This document shows, in pieces, positions 10,476-21,171 of a stretch of DNA of 64,000 bases. The number at the start of each line of letters is the position of its first letter. The first letter of the stretch is position 1. This DNA comes from an uncultured Poribacteria bacterium. GTDB taxonomy: Bacteria > Poribacteria > WGA-4E > WGA-3G. The stretch spans positions 3,168,001-3,232,000 of the forward strand of contig OX638351.1 of the NCBI GenBank assembly GCA_951813565.1, given 5' to 3'. The notes beneath the pieces were generated by a model. That model saw only the letters and a list, made by a program, of their open reading frames with translations, did not search any database and had not been told where the DNA came from. Made by a program: the position numbers and the translations under genes.

Positions 10476-11219
10476 TTGCGTGAACCCGATGCATCGCAAC
10501 CGAAAGAAAGTGCTTGCGCTGTTGAGACGGATCTTCTGCTCTGGTGGGAAGACTTCTACCTACCTGTTTTTGAGTACGTCCTACCCCAAATGGGAACATT
10601 GGAAGGGAAAAAGGTGCTTGAGTTAGGCACAGGCACAGGTGGCACCGCTACGCTGCTTGCTAAGCAAGGTGCTTCAGTTGTTGGGATTGATCTGTTGCCC
10701 TTTCGGCTTGATGAAGCGAAGGAAAGGGCAAACCGACATAAAGTAGCTAATGCGGTCGATTTTTCCTTGATGGATGCTACGCAACTCGCTTTTCCTGACA
10801 ACACTTTCGATTTTATCATCTCTAAATCTGTGTTAGTATTTACAGAACACAAGCAAACAGCGAAAGAGTGCCACCGTGTTCTTAAACCGGGTGGCAAAGC
10901 GATTTTCATGGAAAATATGCGAAATCACCCTGTAGTGTTGCTCTATCGTAAGCTGTTTCTCAAATACTCCCGTGAGTTGCATTATTTTTCACTTCTCGAT
11001 ATTGAGGGAATCGGAAAAGAATTTGAGGAGATAGAACACCGCGAATTCCATCTTCTCTCTTTAGGCGCGCTGTTTTGGAAACGGATAATCCCAATTCCTA
11101 TTTTCTATCGGTGGACACTCCAGTTTCTTAAATTGATTGATAGAAATCTTTTGCGAATGTTCCCCGTACTCAAGCGTTTCTGTTGGATCACCGCGATGAT
11201 TTGTCACAAAAAGGCTTGA
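10476..11219 (+). CDS. Class I SAM-dependent methyltransferase
   Basis: VLELGTGTG, FPDNTFDFI, RVLKPGG. Confidence 0.88.
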   Translation: MREPDASQPKESACAVETDLLLWWEDFYLPVFEYVLPQMGTLEGKKVLELGTGTGGTATLLAKQGASVVGIDLLPFRLDEAKERANRHKVANAVDFSLMDATQLAFPDNTFDFIISKSVLVFTEHKQTAKECHRVLKPGGKAIFMENMRNHPVVLLYRKLFLKYSRELHYFSLLDIEGIGKEFEEIEHREFHLLSLGALFWKRIIPIPIFYRWTLQFLKLIDRNLLRMFPVLKRFCWITAMICHKKA

Positions 11220-11251
11220 ACTTCATAACCATTCAATTGTAGCGAAGCATT

Positions 11252-11332
11252 CTTGTAGGAGGACTTTGTCCGCCCGATTTTTCCTCTTGTCCGAGCGACC
11301 TCCTGGTCGCGATCGGGGAGGTCGCTCGGACA
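11252..11332 (+). repeat. REP cluster / REP doublet
   Basis: GTAGGAGGACTTTGTCCGCCCG followed by the hairpin GTCCGAGCGACCTCC...GGAGGTCGCTCGGAC. An inverted homologue lies at about 55221-55285. Confidence 0.75.
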
Positions 11333-11449
11333 GAAGAAATATCCTTTACACTCAATCCGAGATTCAAACAAAGCATCTGTCGTTAGTTTAGTTAAATTGC
11401 GTAAAACTTGTGTTCCGTTCTAACCAACCTACAAACTAATAAGCACCAG

Positions 11450-12601
11450 TCAATCTCTTTGATAAACCATTTGCCCCTTGAGAATCGTCGCTATCAAATC
11501 TATCTCACAAGTTGCATCATTCCACTCAAATAAAATCAGATTTAGGTGGTCATTTTCACCGATATTAAAAATTTCCTCTTCCACACCGAGTAATCGCGCA
11601 GGTTGTAACGTTGCAAGAGAAATCGCCTCTTTCAAAGTAATTCCTACAAATCGTACACTATTCTCAATACCCCGTGCCAACTCAATTGCTGAACCAGCAA
11701 GATATTCCGTGCCAGCTAAACGCACACATCGATCCGAAGTCAATTCCACTGGTTGTCCTGCGAACTGATAAGCACCAGGTGGCATCCCTGCTAACGCCGT
11801 AGCATCGCTGATGAGGATACACCGATCAAGCGTTTTGGCGCGTATCATTGACTTCACAACTGCAGACGGAAGGTGATGTCCATCTACAATAAGACTCGCG
11901 TGGAGTTCATCGGCAGCGAGTTGTTCCCAAATATAGTTCGGATGGCGCCGGATAACCGCATGCGCGCCGTTGCCAAGATGTGTAGAAAGTTTGGCGCCTG
12001 CACTAACTGCCGCTCGGATATCTTCCGCAGACGCATTCGTATGTCCTATCGCCATGACTACACCATCCATAACTAACTTTTCAATAAACGGAATAGCACC
12101 ATTTTTCTCAGGGGCAAGTGTTACGATGCGGATCATACCTTCAGCGATGTCCTGCCATCGCCGAAATTCGTCCCAATCTGGATCTCTGACGTGTTCTAAC
12201 GGATGTGCACCGCGTGGACCATCTTCTGCTGAAATATAAGGTCCCTCAATATGAATTCCAAGTATTGCGTGAGCAGCCAACGGGTCTCTTTGACACGCTT
12301 CTACAATAGCACGCAGAGAAGCACTGATATTCTCAAAGGACGCAGTCACCACTGTTGGACATAAGAAACCGGTACCGACGCGCCAGAGCGCACGAACCAT
12401 CTTAGACACATCCGCTGCTGTGACTGTAGCAACATTGAGATCAAATCCAGCGAAGCCGTTTACCTGTATATCTACAAAAGCGGGAGCAATCCATGCGTTA
12501 CCATCAGTAGATGTGACCTCGCGCACTGATTGAACGCGGTCGCTTACAAGGGTAATTTCAACGGATCTATTATCAAAAATGGTGTGTCCACTGAGTTTCA
12601 T
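11450..12601 (-). CDS. nagA: N-acetylglucosamine-6-phosphate deacetylase
   Basis: DIQVNG, GIHIEGPYIS, RGAH, VTLAPE, GHT, THLGNG, DGHH, LAGS. Confidence 0.85.
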   Translation of the reverse strand: MKLSGHTIFDNRSVEITLVSDRVQSVREVTSTDGNAWIAPAFVDIQVNGFAGFDLNVATVTAADVSKMVRALWRVGTGFLCPTVVTASFENISASLRAIVEACQRDPLAAHAILGIHIEGPYISAEDGPRGAHPLEHVRDPDWDEFRRWQDIAEGMIRIVTLAPEKNGAIPFIEKLVMDGVVMAIGHTNASAEDIRAAVSAGAKLSTHLGNGAHAVIRRHPNYIWEQLAADELHASLIVDGHHLPSAVVKSMIRAKTLDRCILISDATALAGMPPGAYQFAGQPVELTSDRCVRLAGTEYLAGSAIELARGIENSVRFVGITLKEAISLATLQPARLLGVEEEIFNIGENDHLNLILFEWNDATCEIDLIATILKGQMVYQRD

Positions 12602-12738
12602 AATGGGTTTACTATAAACTAAAAATTGATTTGTCGCAAGAAAAAGGTTGCATTTTTTGGCAAATTCGGTTAATGTATGTTAACCTTGAACAAATCCCGA
12701 CTGATCGTATGGGCAACATGTAAAATATGGAGGCAGAA

Positions 12739-13521
12739 ATGGAATATCTTACTTATGGAAAAACAGGTTTGGAAATCTCACGACTCTGTTTCGGGGCAGG
12801 AAGATTCGGAGACACCTGCAAGACTCACGAAGCAGGTGCTAAACTGATGTTAAAGGCACTGGACGAGGGCATAACCTTCTGGGACACTGCCGAAGGCTAC
12901 GGAACACAACCGCATCTCGGTGAAGCAATTCGTCAGATTAACCGCGAAGAAATCGTCATCCAAACGAAAACTGCCAACAAAGACCATGAAAGTGCATCAG
13001 CCAGTATACAAAAAGCACTGCGTGAACTGCAGACAGAGTATATAGATGTTATGTTACTGCACGCAATCTCTTCGCCAGACGATTTAGCAACACGGGAACG
13101 TGAAGGTGCGTTTGATGCGTTCCGAGAAGCGAAAGCTGCTGGCAAAGTCCGCGTTATCGGGTGCTCCACTCACATATACACAGGGGCAGTCATGGATGCC
13201 GTGATTGATCATCCTGAGATTGATGTTATCCTCACAACAGCGAACAAGGAAGGCAGGATGTTAGAAGGCGGGCCTTTTGAAAAACATCTGGAATATATCC
13301 AACGCGCTTATGACCTCGGCAAAGGTATAAGTATCATGAAGGTTGTTGTAGCAGGAGATATTCCGGAGGCGGATAGACCTGAATGGATTGAGTGGGGATT
13401 CAACCTTGAAACAGCACATGCGATTAACCTCGGCATGACTGAAGATCGGCATATCACACTTGATGTTGGCTTGGCACGGGCAAGCGCACGCAAACGCCTT
13501 GTCCAACGCAAGGCAGCATAA
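12739..13521 (+). CDS. Aldo/keto reductase
   Basis: GKTGLEISRLCFG, WDTAEGYG, IQTK, YIDVMLLH. A GGAGG RBS favours the start at 12739. Confidence 0.9.
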   Translation: MEYLTYGKTGLEISRLCFGAGRFGDTCKTHEAGAKLMLKALDEGITFWDTAEGYGTQPHLGEAIRQINREEIVIQTKTANKDHESASASIQKALRELQTEYIDVMLLHAISSPDDLATREREGAFDAFREAKAAGKVRVIGCSTHIYTGAVMDAVIDHPEIDVILTTANKEGRMLEGGPFEKHLEYIQRAYDLGKGISIMKVVVAGDIPEADRPEWIEWGFNLETAHAINLGMTEDRHITLDVGLARASARKRLVQRKAA

Positions 13522-13544
13522 CATATTTATCTGAGGATATCTTA

Positions 13545-14618
13545 ATGTCGGCAACGATGCGCGCTATAATGTGCCGTGGACCGCAAGATTACCGACTTGA
13601 AGAGGTCCCAATACCGCATGCCGGTCCCGGTGAAGTTGTCATCAAGGTCAATGCCTGCGGCGTTTGCGCGAGCGACATTAAATGTTATACAGGTGCCCCG
13701 CTTTTCTGGGGTGATGAAAACCGTGAACCTTATGTAGAAGCACCTGTCATCGCTGGCCATGAATTTATTGGAGAAGTCGTTCAACTCGGGGAAGGGGCAG
13801 GTGAAAAGCACGGATTGCAACTTGGAGACATAGCGATCTCGGAACAGATCGTCCCGTGTTGGGAATGTCGCTACTGCCGAACCGGAAAGTATTGGCTCTG
13901 TCAAGTTCACAACATCTACGGGTTTCAGTCCGTTGTCAACGGTGGTATGGCAGACTATATGAAATTCCTTGCGCGCTCACTTGTCTACAAAGTGCCATCC
14001 GATATACCTACCGCAAACGCAGCGATGATTGAACCACTTGCCTGTTCCATTCACGCCGTTCAACGCGGAGATATAGAATTCGGTGACGTTGTCGTTGTTG
14101 CAGGCGCAGGCACCCTCGGTCTCGGCATGATTGGCGCGGCGAAGTTGAAAAATCCTGGTGTGCTTATCGCCATTGACCTTATCTCAAATCGGTTAGAAGT
14201 CGCCCAAAAATTGGGAGCAGATATAATTATTAACCCCGCGGAAACAGATGCTGTTCAGCAAGTCTTGGACTTAACTGATGGCTATGGATGTGATGTCTAC
14301 ATTGAAGCAACAGGACACCCAAAGGCAGTTGAACAAGGGCTCCACATGATCCGAAAGGCAGGCACTTTTGTTGAATTCAGCGTCATGCGGGAGCCGGTTA
14401 CCGTTGATTGGACTATCATAGGCGATACGAAAGAGCTCAATATCCACGGGTCTCATTTAGGTCCTTATGCGTATCCACTCGCTATTGACTATATCCACAG
14501 CGGTGCTATAGGCGTAAGCCTTATGGTCACGCATCAACTCCCGCTGGAAGACTATCTTACTGCCTTTGATATGGTTCAGAAAGGTTCTGATTCGATTAAG
14601 GTTCAGTTAGTGCCTTAG
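13545..14618 (+). CDS. Zinc-dependent polyol dehydrogenase (erythritol/threitol dehydrogenase-like)
   Basis: CGVCASDIKCY-GAPLFWGD, GHE, CWECRYC, EPLACSIHAV. Confidence 0.82.
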   Translation: MSATMRAIMCRGPQDYRLEEVPIPHAGPGEVVIKVNACGVCASDIKCYTGAPLFWGDENREPYVEAPVIAGHEFIGEVVQLGEGAGEKHGLQLGDIAISEQIVPCWECRYCRTGKYWLCQVHNIYGFQSVVNGGMADYMKFLARSLVYKVPSDIPTANAAMIEPLACSIHAVQRGDIEFGDVVVVAGAGTLGLGMIGAAKLKNPGVLIAIDLISNRLEVAQKLGADIIINPAETDAVQQVLDLTDGYGCDVYIEATGHPKAVEQGLHMIRKAGTFVEFSVMREPVTVDWTIIGDTKELNIHGSHLGPYAYPLAIDYIHSGAIGVSLMVTHQLPLEDYLTAFDMVQKGSDSIKVQLVP

Positions 14619-14764
14619 CGATTGACATTTCACACGAAACAACCTTGTCCGAGACCTCTTTCCTATGGTATAATAAAATCGAACAAACGCGAAAATAGTA
14701 TAACAGATTTGAGATTGTCCGGTCCTTTAGAAATAATCTGAAGTCATGTTGCACCTAAAAGAAT

Positions 14765-15649
14765 ATGTTATTAGATGTCACCAAGCCGAAAGCATCTCGA
14801 ATTGCGCTTATTGGAAGCGATACTCCAGATTCATTTCAACAACTGCTTCAAGATTATTGGACATGGCACTATAACGATTCACTCTACGATTCTGTCAAAC
14901 TACTTTTAAGCACCGACTTAGGATGGGAACAAGTTCCACAACTCACAACGCCTCCCGTTGGAGAGGTGATTTCACCTCTCGGACATTCACTCGCTCATAC
15001 TGAAAAGGAGGTTCGCGAGGCTGCCCTTCAAACACTGGACGCAACCGTGTGTGTACCTACAGGAACTGCACTCATCGGTGAAGAATGTGCACCACTGGAA
15101 ATTGAGGAATTTGAAATCGGTGTCTATCCCGTAACCAATGCCCAATACCTTCGATTTTTACAAGACACTGGATATAAACCCCCAAAGGACTGGGTTGACA
15201 GTCCTCAACTAACTTTTGAAACTTATGCTTTAAAGGGAGATCATCCCGTAGTTTGGGTTAGTTGTGAAGATGCTGAGGCTTATGCTAATTATGTTGGGGG
15301 AAGATTGCCGACATTTCAAGAATGGCAATACGCGGCACGCGGCACCGATGGTAGACTGTTTCCGTGGGGATATGAAATAGACAAACCGCGCTGCAACACT
15401 GCCGAACTCGGTGCTGAAGACACAACACCGGTCGGAGCGTTCAAAGGTGGTATTAGTCCGTTCGGTTGTTATGATATGATAGGCAATGTTTGGGAATGGA
15501 CCAGCACCTTTTACGACGATGAGGAAACTTTCCGTGTTGCTTGTGGCGGTGCTTGGTATTACAACCACGATTATAGCACCTGTACCAGTTTCGATTTTTT
15601 CAGTACAAACTATGCAGAATTTGTAATAGGGTTTCGCATTGCTCGTTGA
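14765..15649 (+). CDS. Formylglycine-generating enzyme (SUMF1/FGE-sulfatase) domain protein
   Basis: YPVTNAQY, HPVVWVS, RLPT.EWQYAARG, FPWG, YDMIGNVWEW, IGFR. Confidence 0.88.
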   Translation: MLLDVTKPKASRIALIGSDTPDSFQQLLQDYWTWHYNDSLYDSVKLLLSTDLGWEQVPQLTTPPVGEVISPLGHSLAHTEKEVREAALQTLDATVCVPTGTALIGEECAPLEIEEFEIGVYPVTNAQYLRFLQDTGYKPPKDWVDSPQLTFETYALKGDHPVVWVSCEDAEAYANYVGGRLPTFQEWQYAARGTDGRLFPWGYEIDKPRCNTAELGAEDTTPVGAFKGGISPFGCYDMIGNVWEWTSTFYDDEETFRVACGGAWYYNHDYSTCTSFDFFSTNYAEFVIGFRIAR

Positions 15650-15742
15650 TGCTGCATCAATATCGCTATTAATTTGCCACTTTTTTAGCACATTGGTGTT
15701 AAAGTACTTGAGTTTTAGGAAACGGAGAAATGGAGTTAACGG

Positions 15743-16351
15743 ATGAAAGAAAATAAAACCGATGACGAACAAGTATCAATTAAAGATAAGTCCGCTAACT
15801 CTTCACTAAAGCGTGGCGATTCAGCCATTTCATCTGAAAGATTACAAAATCAGGTTATTCAGCGCGGACGTTTAGATATCCATCTTCATCAGGCAGCGGC
15901 TAAACATTTAAAACTGGGGGCAGATGCATTAAACGCGCGTAACTATGAAAAAGCAATTGAAGAATTTCTTCAGGTAATACAACATAATCGTGAATCCGCT
16001 GAAGCACACTTCCATCTCGGTTTAGCTTATTTTATGTTAGAAAACTATGAAAAAGCAATTGACGCTTATAAAATGGCGATCGCGTGTGAACCGAGCGAAG
16101 TGGCTGTGTATATCAATCTTGCATCAACTTATCGTATGCTAAAACGTTATGACGAGGCAATTGGCGTTTATGAAAGTGCTATCCAGTCTATCCCGAACCA
16201 CCCTGAATTGCATTCGGAACTCGGAGCAGTTTACTCTCTTCGGGGTAAACGGCGTGAAGCTGTCGTCGCTTTTAAAACGGCAATGCGTCTGAAATTGAAG
16301 TCTTCCAAAGAATTTCGGCCTACAAAAACAGAAGGCAACGAAGAGGAATAG
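15743..16351 (+). CDS. TPR protein
   Basis: Four TPR-like repeats (AEAHFHLGLAYF, YINLASTY). Confidence 0.85.
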   Translation: MKENKTDDEQVSIKDKSANSSLKRGDSAISSERLQNQVIQRGRLDIHLHQAAAKHLKLGADALNARNYEKAIEEFLQVIQHNRESAEAHFHLGLAYFMLENYEKAIDAYKMAIACEPSEVAVYINLASTYRMLKRYDEAIGVYESAIQSIPNHPELHSELGAVYSLRGKRREAVVAFKTAMRLKLKSSKEFRPTKTEGNEEE

Positions 16352-16409
16352 AATAAGAGCATCACTCGCGTGTGTGCCGCACCCTTACCTGAACAAGCAG
16401 GAGAAAATC

Positions 16410-17009
16410 ATGATAGTTTCAGACGAAGAATTGATGATGGAATGTCGTAAAGGAGATATGAGTGCGTTTGAGCTGCTTGTCAGAAGGTATCAAGATGCAC
16501 TTGTTAACTATATTCATTACACTATCAACGATTATCATCGTGCTGAAGACTTAGCACAGGAGACGTTCCTCCGTGTTTTCAAGAGCGCGAGTCGTTATGA
16601 ACCGAAAGCGCCCTTTAAAAGTTGGCTGTATACAATTGCTACCAATTTGTCAAAAAACGAAATTCGAAATCGGGCACGGCGAAATACATACTTTCTGGAA
16701 GATATGGTTGACGAAAACGAGGATGTTTACCACTCTGAATTTATGATAGATACCCGTTACCAACCAGATATCCTTTATGAAAAGAAAGAACGCCAACAAC
16801 TCATCAAAAAAGCACTTAAACAACTACCTGAAAACCAACGTTTAGCTTTAACACTGGTAACATATCAAGAACTTAGTTACGAAGAAATTTCTGAGATACT
16901 AAACTGTTCAATAGGGTCGGTGAAATCTTTAATTCATCGTGCACGTCAAAACATCAAAAAACTACTTATCAAGGCTGGAATAGGAGGTGGAGTCAATGCC
17001 AAAATATAA
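16410..17009 (+). CDS. ECF RNA polymerase sigma factor
   Basis: DEELM, AFELLVRRY, AEDLAQETFLRV, FKSWLYTIATN, LSYEEISEIL, GSVKSLIHRAR. Confidence 0.95.
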   Translation: MIVSDEELMMECRKGDMSAFELLVRRYQDALVNYIHYTINDYHRAEDLAQETFLRVFKSASRYEPKAPFKSWLYTIATNLSKNEIRNRARRNTYFLEDMVDENEDVYHSEFMIDTRYQPDILYEKKERQQLIKKALKQLPENQRLALTLVTYQELSYEEISEILNCSIGSVKSLIHRARQNIKKLLIKAGIGGGVNAKI

Positions 17010-17523
17010 AACAAACGGATGTAAAAATGTTCAAACACAACTTTCAGCCTATTTTGACAATGAAATGCCTACGTGGAAACGACATCTTATTGGGTGGCAT
17101 CTAAAGCAATGCCCGGATTGCAAACACCGAGCCAAAGCAATAGAACGAACTGATAAACTGCTCCACTTTGTAGAACCGGTTAAGGTTTCCGATACCTTTC
17201 TATCAACTGTAATGTCACGTGTAACTACGATGAAGGCGACTCAAAAAGCGCATCAGTCGCTCTTTAACCGTCTTGGGTCTGTAGTTGAAGGCCTGCAACT
17301 ATGGATGCGGAGCAACATCCGTGCCTATAACCTCGTTTATATGTTTGGGTTAATTTTTTGTGTAATTACAATGATAGGTGTAACGCTCTACTCACCTCGT
17401 ATTGAGAAACTCAACCTGTTTCCACAATTAAGTTCTAAATCATCAGAAACCCAACAAGAGAGGCTTGTTTCTTTTGAAGTAATATTACTGCCGGAACCCA
17501 AACGTTCCTTTAAAATTCGTTGA
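16996..17523 (+). CDS. Zinc-finger (ZAS/zf-HC2) transmembrane anti-sigma factor
   Basis: C...LSAYFDNE...HLKQCPDC (HxxxCxxC) and one TM helix. Overlaps the sigma stop codon. Confidence 0.88.
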   Translation: MPKYKTNGCKNVQTQLSAYFDNEMPTWKRHLIGWHLKQCPDCKHRAKAIERTDKLLHFVEPVKVSDTFLSTVMSRVTTMKATQKAHQSLFNRLGSVVEGLQLWMRSNIRAYNLVYMFGLIFCVITMIGVTLYSPRIEKLNLFPQLSSKSSETQQERLVSFEVILLPEPKRSFKIR

Positions 17524-17536
17524 TGAGGTATAAACA

Positions 17537-19318
17537 ATGAAAAGTATAAGCCGTCGTACCGTAAAATCTATAACGCGTAATGCGTTGATTATTTCAATGA
17601 TACTTCACGTATTTTTTCTGATTACGCTGTTTTATTTTTCTGTCAGTGATCAATCTCTCTTATCTTTTCAAGACAGGATTGCTGTAACACTATCAACGGC
17701 ACCGAAACCGTTACCAGCAAAGATTCCAAAGAAAGCACCAATACGCCAACAACACACAACAAACGTGTATAAAGCACCAAAGCCGCTCGCTGAAGTTGAA
17801 TCGATCAATCCACATAACGCGTTTCGTTCTCATCTTGCGCCTACAGAACCCATTATCACAGAACAACCACGACTTGAGGATACAAAAACCTCACCTGATG
17901 TAAATGTGAATGTGAGTACCGCACTCAATAAACTTCGCCAGGTTGAAAACGGATTATCTACCGTAGAAGCGGCCGAACCGACCTTAGGCAAGTCGCTTGG
18001 GACAAAACGTTCCGGGATGCAAGGTGCTCGTCGTGCCCCTACTCGGTCTACGCTTAATGTTGCTGGAGCAACAAGTATTGATAGTGATGGAGCAGGACAA
18101 ATAGGTGATATCTTTGAGAACAAACCATTATTACCGAATATCAAAATTGGCGATGTAATGAGGAGCCTTGCCAACCAAATTGTTGGAACAAGTGAGGGCG
18201 GACCTATTGATGTCGTATTTGTGATTGATTTAAGTGGTAGTATGAGGGATAACAAAAATGATGTTGCTAAACATCTGGTAAATATGGTTGATGTATACGA
18301 AGCTTCTAACATTGACTACGAACTCGGCTTATCACATTTTACCACTCATGAAGGCAAAAATGACATTCAAATTCTTCAATTGACAAAAGATTTGGATAAA
18401 TATGAACGCGAAATCAAAGAGATTTTCATCCGCCCAGCTGACGAAAGTGCGTTGGATGCTATTGTGAAAACTGTCAAAGAAATGCGGTTCCGTGCCACAT
18501 CCAAAAAACATCTTATTCTCGTCACAGATGAACCATTCACAAGCATAGAAGGCAGGACAGTGAATGATGCAATTGACATCTGCCAAGAGTTTGGAATTTA
18601 TGTTAACGTACTGGGTCTTCCGGTGAAGGAACATCAAGTACTTGCCTCTGAAACGAATGGTAAGTGGCATGCAATTCCTGGAAAACAAGGCAACCAACAG
18701 ATAGCGCAACAACGCAGCACTGCCTCAACATCAAAAACAAAGACTGAAACTCTTAGGAAAGCAAAATGGGAAGATATTCAGCGAGTCGGCATAGGATTGA
18801 TTCAAAATACTCGAAATGAACCTGTGGATATTGTCTTATTTATTGATGGAAGTAAAAGCATGGAAGACAAACTTCCGCAGTTTTTAAAACAACTGGATGT
18901 TTGGGTGCGGGACTGGGACAATGCACTGATTCGTTATCAATTAGGCGTAGTTAGATTCAGTTCGGATGATTCCGGTGATACGGTAGATGTTTTCAATCCA
19001 CCACAATCATTGGTTCAGATCCGCAAAATCATTGAACTGCCCTGTCAAGATGATGAGTTTGTTTTACATGCTATTGTTAAAGCATATACGCAGTTAGAAC
19101 TTCGACCCAGGGCAAAAACCCACTTCATCCTTGTCACAGATGAACCTATAACACAAACCTCTAAAACGGAAGCTGTCATCCAGTTTTTAGAGCAAAAACC
19201 TGTTGTTGTAAGCGTTGTCGGAACTTTTGATGATTTTCAAGAAAAAGTAACTGTTAAGACCGGGGGCCTGTGGGTCCCAATCCCTGAAGGGCATTTAGTT
19301 AATGACGTAAATTGGTAA
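17537..19318 (+). CDS. Membrane-anchored protein with two vWA domains (paralog 1)
   Basis: N-terminal TM, Pro/Lys-rich linker, MIDAS motifs DLSGS and DGSKS, each followed by ILVTDE. Confidence 0.88.
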   Translation: MKSISRRTVKSITRNALIISMILHVFFLITLFYFSVSDQSLLSFQDRIAVTLSTAPKPLPAKIPKKAPIRQQHTTNVYKAPKPLAEVESINPHNAFRSHLAPTEPIITEQPRLEDTKTSPDVNVNVSTALNKLRQVENGLSTVEAAEPTLGKSLGTKRSGMQGARRAPTRSTLNVAGATSIDSDGAGQIGDIFENKPLLPNIKIGDVMRSLANQIVGTSEGGPIDVVFVIDLSGSMRDNKNDVAKHLVNMVDVYEASNIDYELGLSHFTTHEGKNDIQILQLTKDLDKYEREIKEIFIRPADESALDAIVKTVKEMRFRATSKKHLILVTDEPFTSIEGRTVNDAIDICQEFGIYVNVLGLPVKEHQVLASETNGKWHAIPGKQGNQQIAQQRSTASTSKTKTETLRKAKWEDIQRVGIGLIQNTRNEPVDIVLFIDGSKSMEDKLPQFLKQLDVWVRDWDNALIRYQLGVVRFSSDDSGDTVDVFNPPQSLVQIRKIIELPCQDDEFVLHAIVKAYTQLELRPRAKTHFILVTDEPITQTSKTEAVIQFLEQKPVVVSVVGTFDDFQEKVTVKTGGLWVPIPEGHLVNDVNW

Positions 19319-19351
19319 GGTTTTTCAAGATGCATTGATGAGGTATAAACG

Positions 19352-21139
19352 ATGAAAAATATAAGCCGCCGTACCGTGAAATCTATAACGCGTAATGCGT
19401 TGATTATTTCAATGGTACTCCATTTATTCTTTCTGATTACGCTGTTTTATTTTTCTGTCAGTGATCAATCTCTCTTATCTTTTCAAGACAAGATTGCTGT
19501 AACACTATCAACGGCACCGAAACCGCCATCAAAGATGCCGATGAAACCACCAATACGACAACAGCGCCCAACAGCCACCTATGATGCAGTAACACCAATT
19601 GCCAAAATTGAATCGATCAACCCACACATTGCGTTTCAACCTCGTCTTGCGCCTACGGAACCCGTTATTACAGAACAACCACGACTCAAACAGACAAATA
19701 CAGCACCGGACGTGAAAGTAAATATCAGCACCGCGCTCAACGAACTGCGTCAAGTTGAAAATGGCTTATCAAAGACAGAGGCAGCAGAGCCAACAATAGG
19801 AAGTTCTTTCGGTTCAAAACGTTCCGGTATGCTGGGTGTTCAACGCACACCAACTCCTACTAAACTTGATATTGGGGGCACAATAGATGCGGATGATGAT
19901 ATTCCAACTATTGCAGATCTCCAAGAGAAAAAACCGCCTTTACCATATATTCCTTTTGGCACCGTTATGGAGAACATCGCAAGAGAAATTGTAGAAACAA
20001 GCAATGGCGGACCGATTGATGTTGTTTTTGTCATTGATGCCAGCGGTAGTATGGGCGATAATATTGAGGCAGTTGCTGAACACCTAACAGATATGATTGA
20101 TGTCTATAAATCTTCAGATATTGATTACGCACTCGGTTTAACACAATTCTCCACACGTCATCGTCAGAATTCACGAAAAAAGCAAAATGATATTGAAGTA
20201 TTTCAATTGACCCAAAGTTTAGCAGAATCCAAACGGAATATACATGCAATTGTACCTCGTAGAGACGAAAACGCATTGGATGCTATTGCGCAGACAGTCA
20301 ACCAAATGCGGTTCCGTGCCACATCCAAAAAACATCTCATTCTTGTCACGGATGAACCATTCACCAGTCTTGAAGGTTTAACAATAGATGACTCAATCGC
20401 TCTATGCCGCGAGTTCGGTATTTATGTTAACGTCCTTGGTTTACCAAACGAAAATCATAGACTACTTGCATCTGCTACGAATGGCAAATGGCATGCAATT
20501 CCCAAAGATCCAAAAAAGCGACAGGTACAACGACGCAATAAATCCTTAACAGAAAAAGTAAAAACTCAATTGCTTAGAAAAACACATTGGCGAAACGTCC
20601 AGAAGATCAGCAAGACATTGCTGCGAAACTCTGGAAATACACCAGTAGATGTTGTTTTATTCATTGATGGGAGTAAAAGCATGGAAGATAAACTCCCACA
20701 GTTTTTACAACAACTCAATGTTTGGGTTCTGGACTGGGAAAAAGCACTCATTGACTATCAGATAGGTGTCGTTAGGTTTCGGACACGTGCTTCCGTTGAC
20801 ATAGTGAATGTATTCAATCCACCACAATCTCTTGATCAGATCCACAAAATTGTTGAACTGCCATGTCGAGAAAATGAGAACCTGCTACATGCTATTACTG
20901 AAGGTTTACGCCGTATTAAGCTCCGTCCGGATGCGCAAATACATCTCATTCTCGTTACAGATGAACCTGTAAGTAAAAACTCACCCTCATCAGGCGTAAT
21001 TCAGTTCTTAGAAGAAAAACAGGCTGTTGTAAGTGTTGTTGGAACTTTTGATGATTTTCAAGAAGAAGTGACAATTAAAACTGGTGGTGTGTGGGTGCCG
21101 ATTCCAGAGGGACACACAACTAATCACATGCACTGGTAA
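19352..21139 (+). CDS. Membrane-anchored protein with two vWA domains (paralog 2)
   Basis: Same architecture with DASGS and DGSKS MIDAS motifs. Confidence 0.88.
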   Translation: MKNISRRTVKSITRNALIISMVLHLFFLITLFYFSVSDQSLLSFQDKIAVTLSTAPKPPSKMPMKPPIRQQRPTATYDAVTPIAKIESINPHIAFQPRLAPTEPVITEQPRLKQTNTAPDVKVNISTALNELRQVENGLSKTEAAEPTIGSSFGSKRSGMLGVQRTPTPTKLDIGGTIDADDDIPTIADLQEKKPPLPYIPFGTVMENIAREIVETSNGGPIDVVFVIDASGSMGDNIEAVAEHLTDMIDVYKSSDIDYALGLTQFSTRHRQNSRKKQNDIEVFQLTQSLAESKRNIHAIVPRRDENALDAIAQTVNQMRFRATSKKHLILVTDEPFTSLEGLTIDDSIALCREFGIYVNVLGLPNENHRLLASATNGKWHAIPKDPKKRQVQRRNKSLTEKVKTQLLRKTHWRNVQKISKTLLRNSGNTPVDVVLFIDGSKSMEDKLPQFLQQLNVWVLDWEKALIDYQIGVVRFRTRASVDIVNVFNPPQSLDQIHKIVELPCRENENLLHAITEGLRRIKLRPDAQIHLILVTDEPVSKNSPSSGVIQFLEEKQAVVSVVGTFDDFQEEVTIKTGGVWVPIPEGHTTNHMHW

Positions 21140-21171
21140 TGCTTTAAGAGATTCGTTGATGAGGTAAAATA

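Noticed and set aside
14765..15649. FGE-domain gene as a diversity-generating retroelement target
   Set aside because: No reverse transcriptase gene and no template-repeat copy of its 3' end seen in the window.
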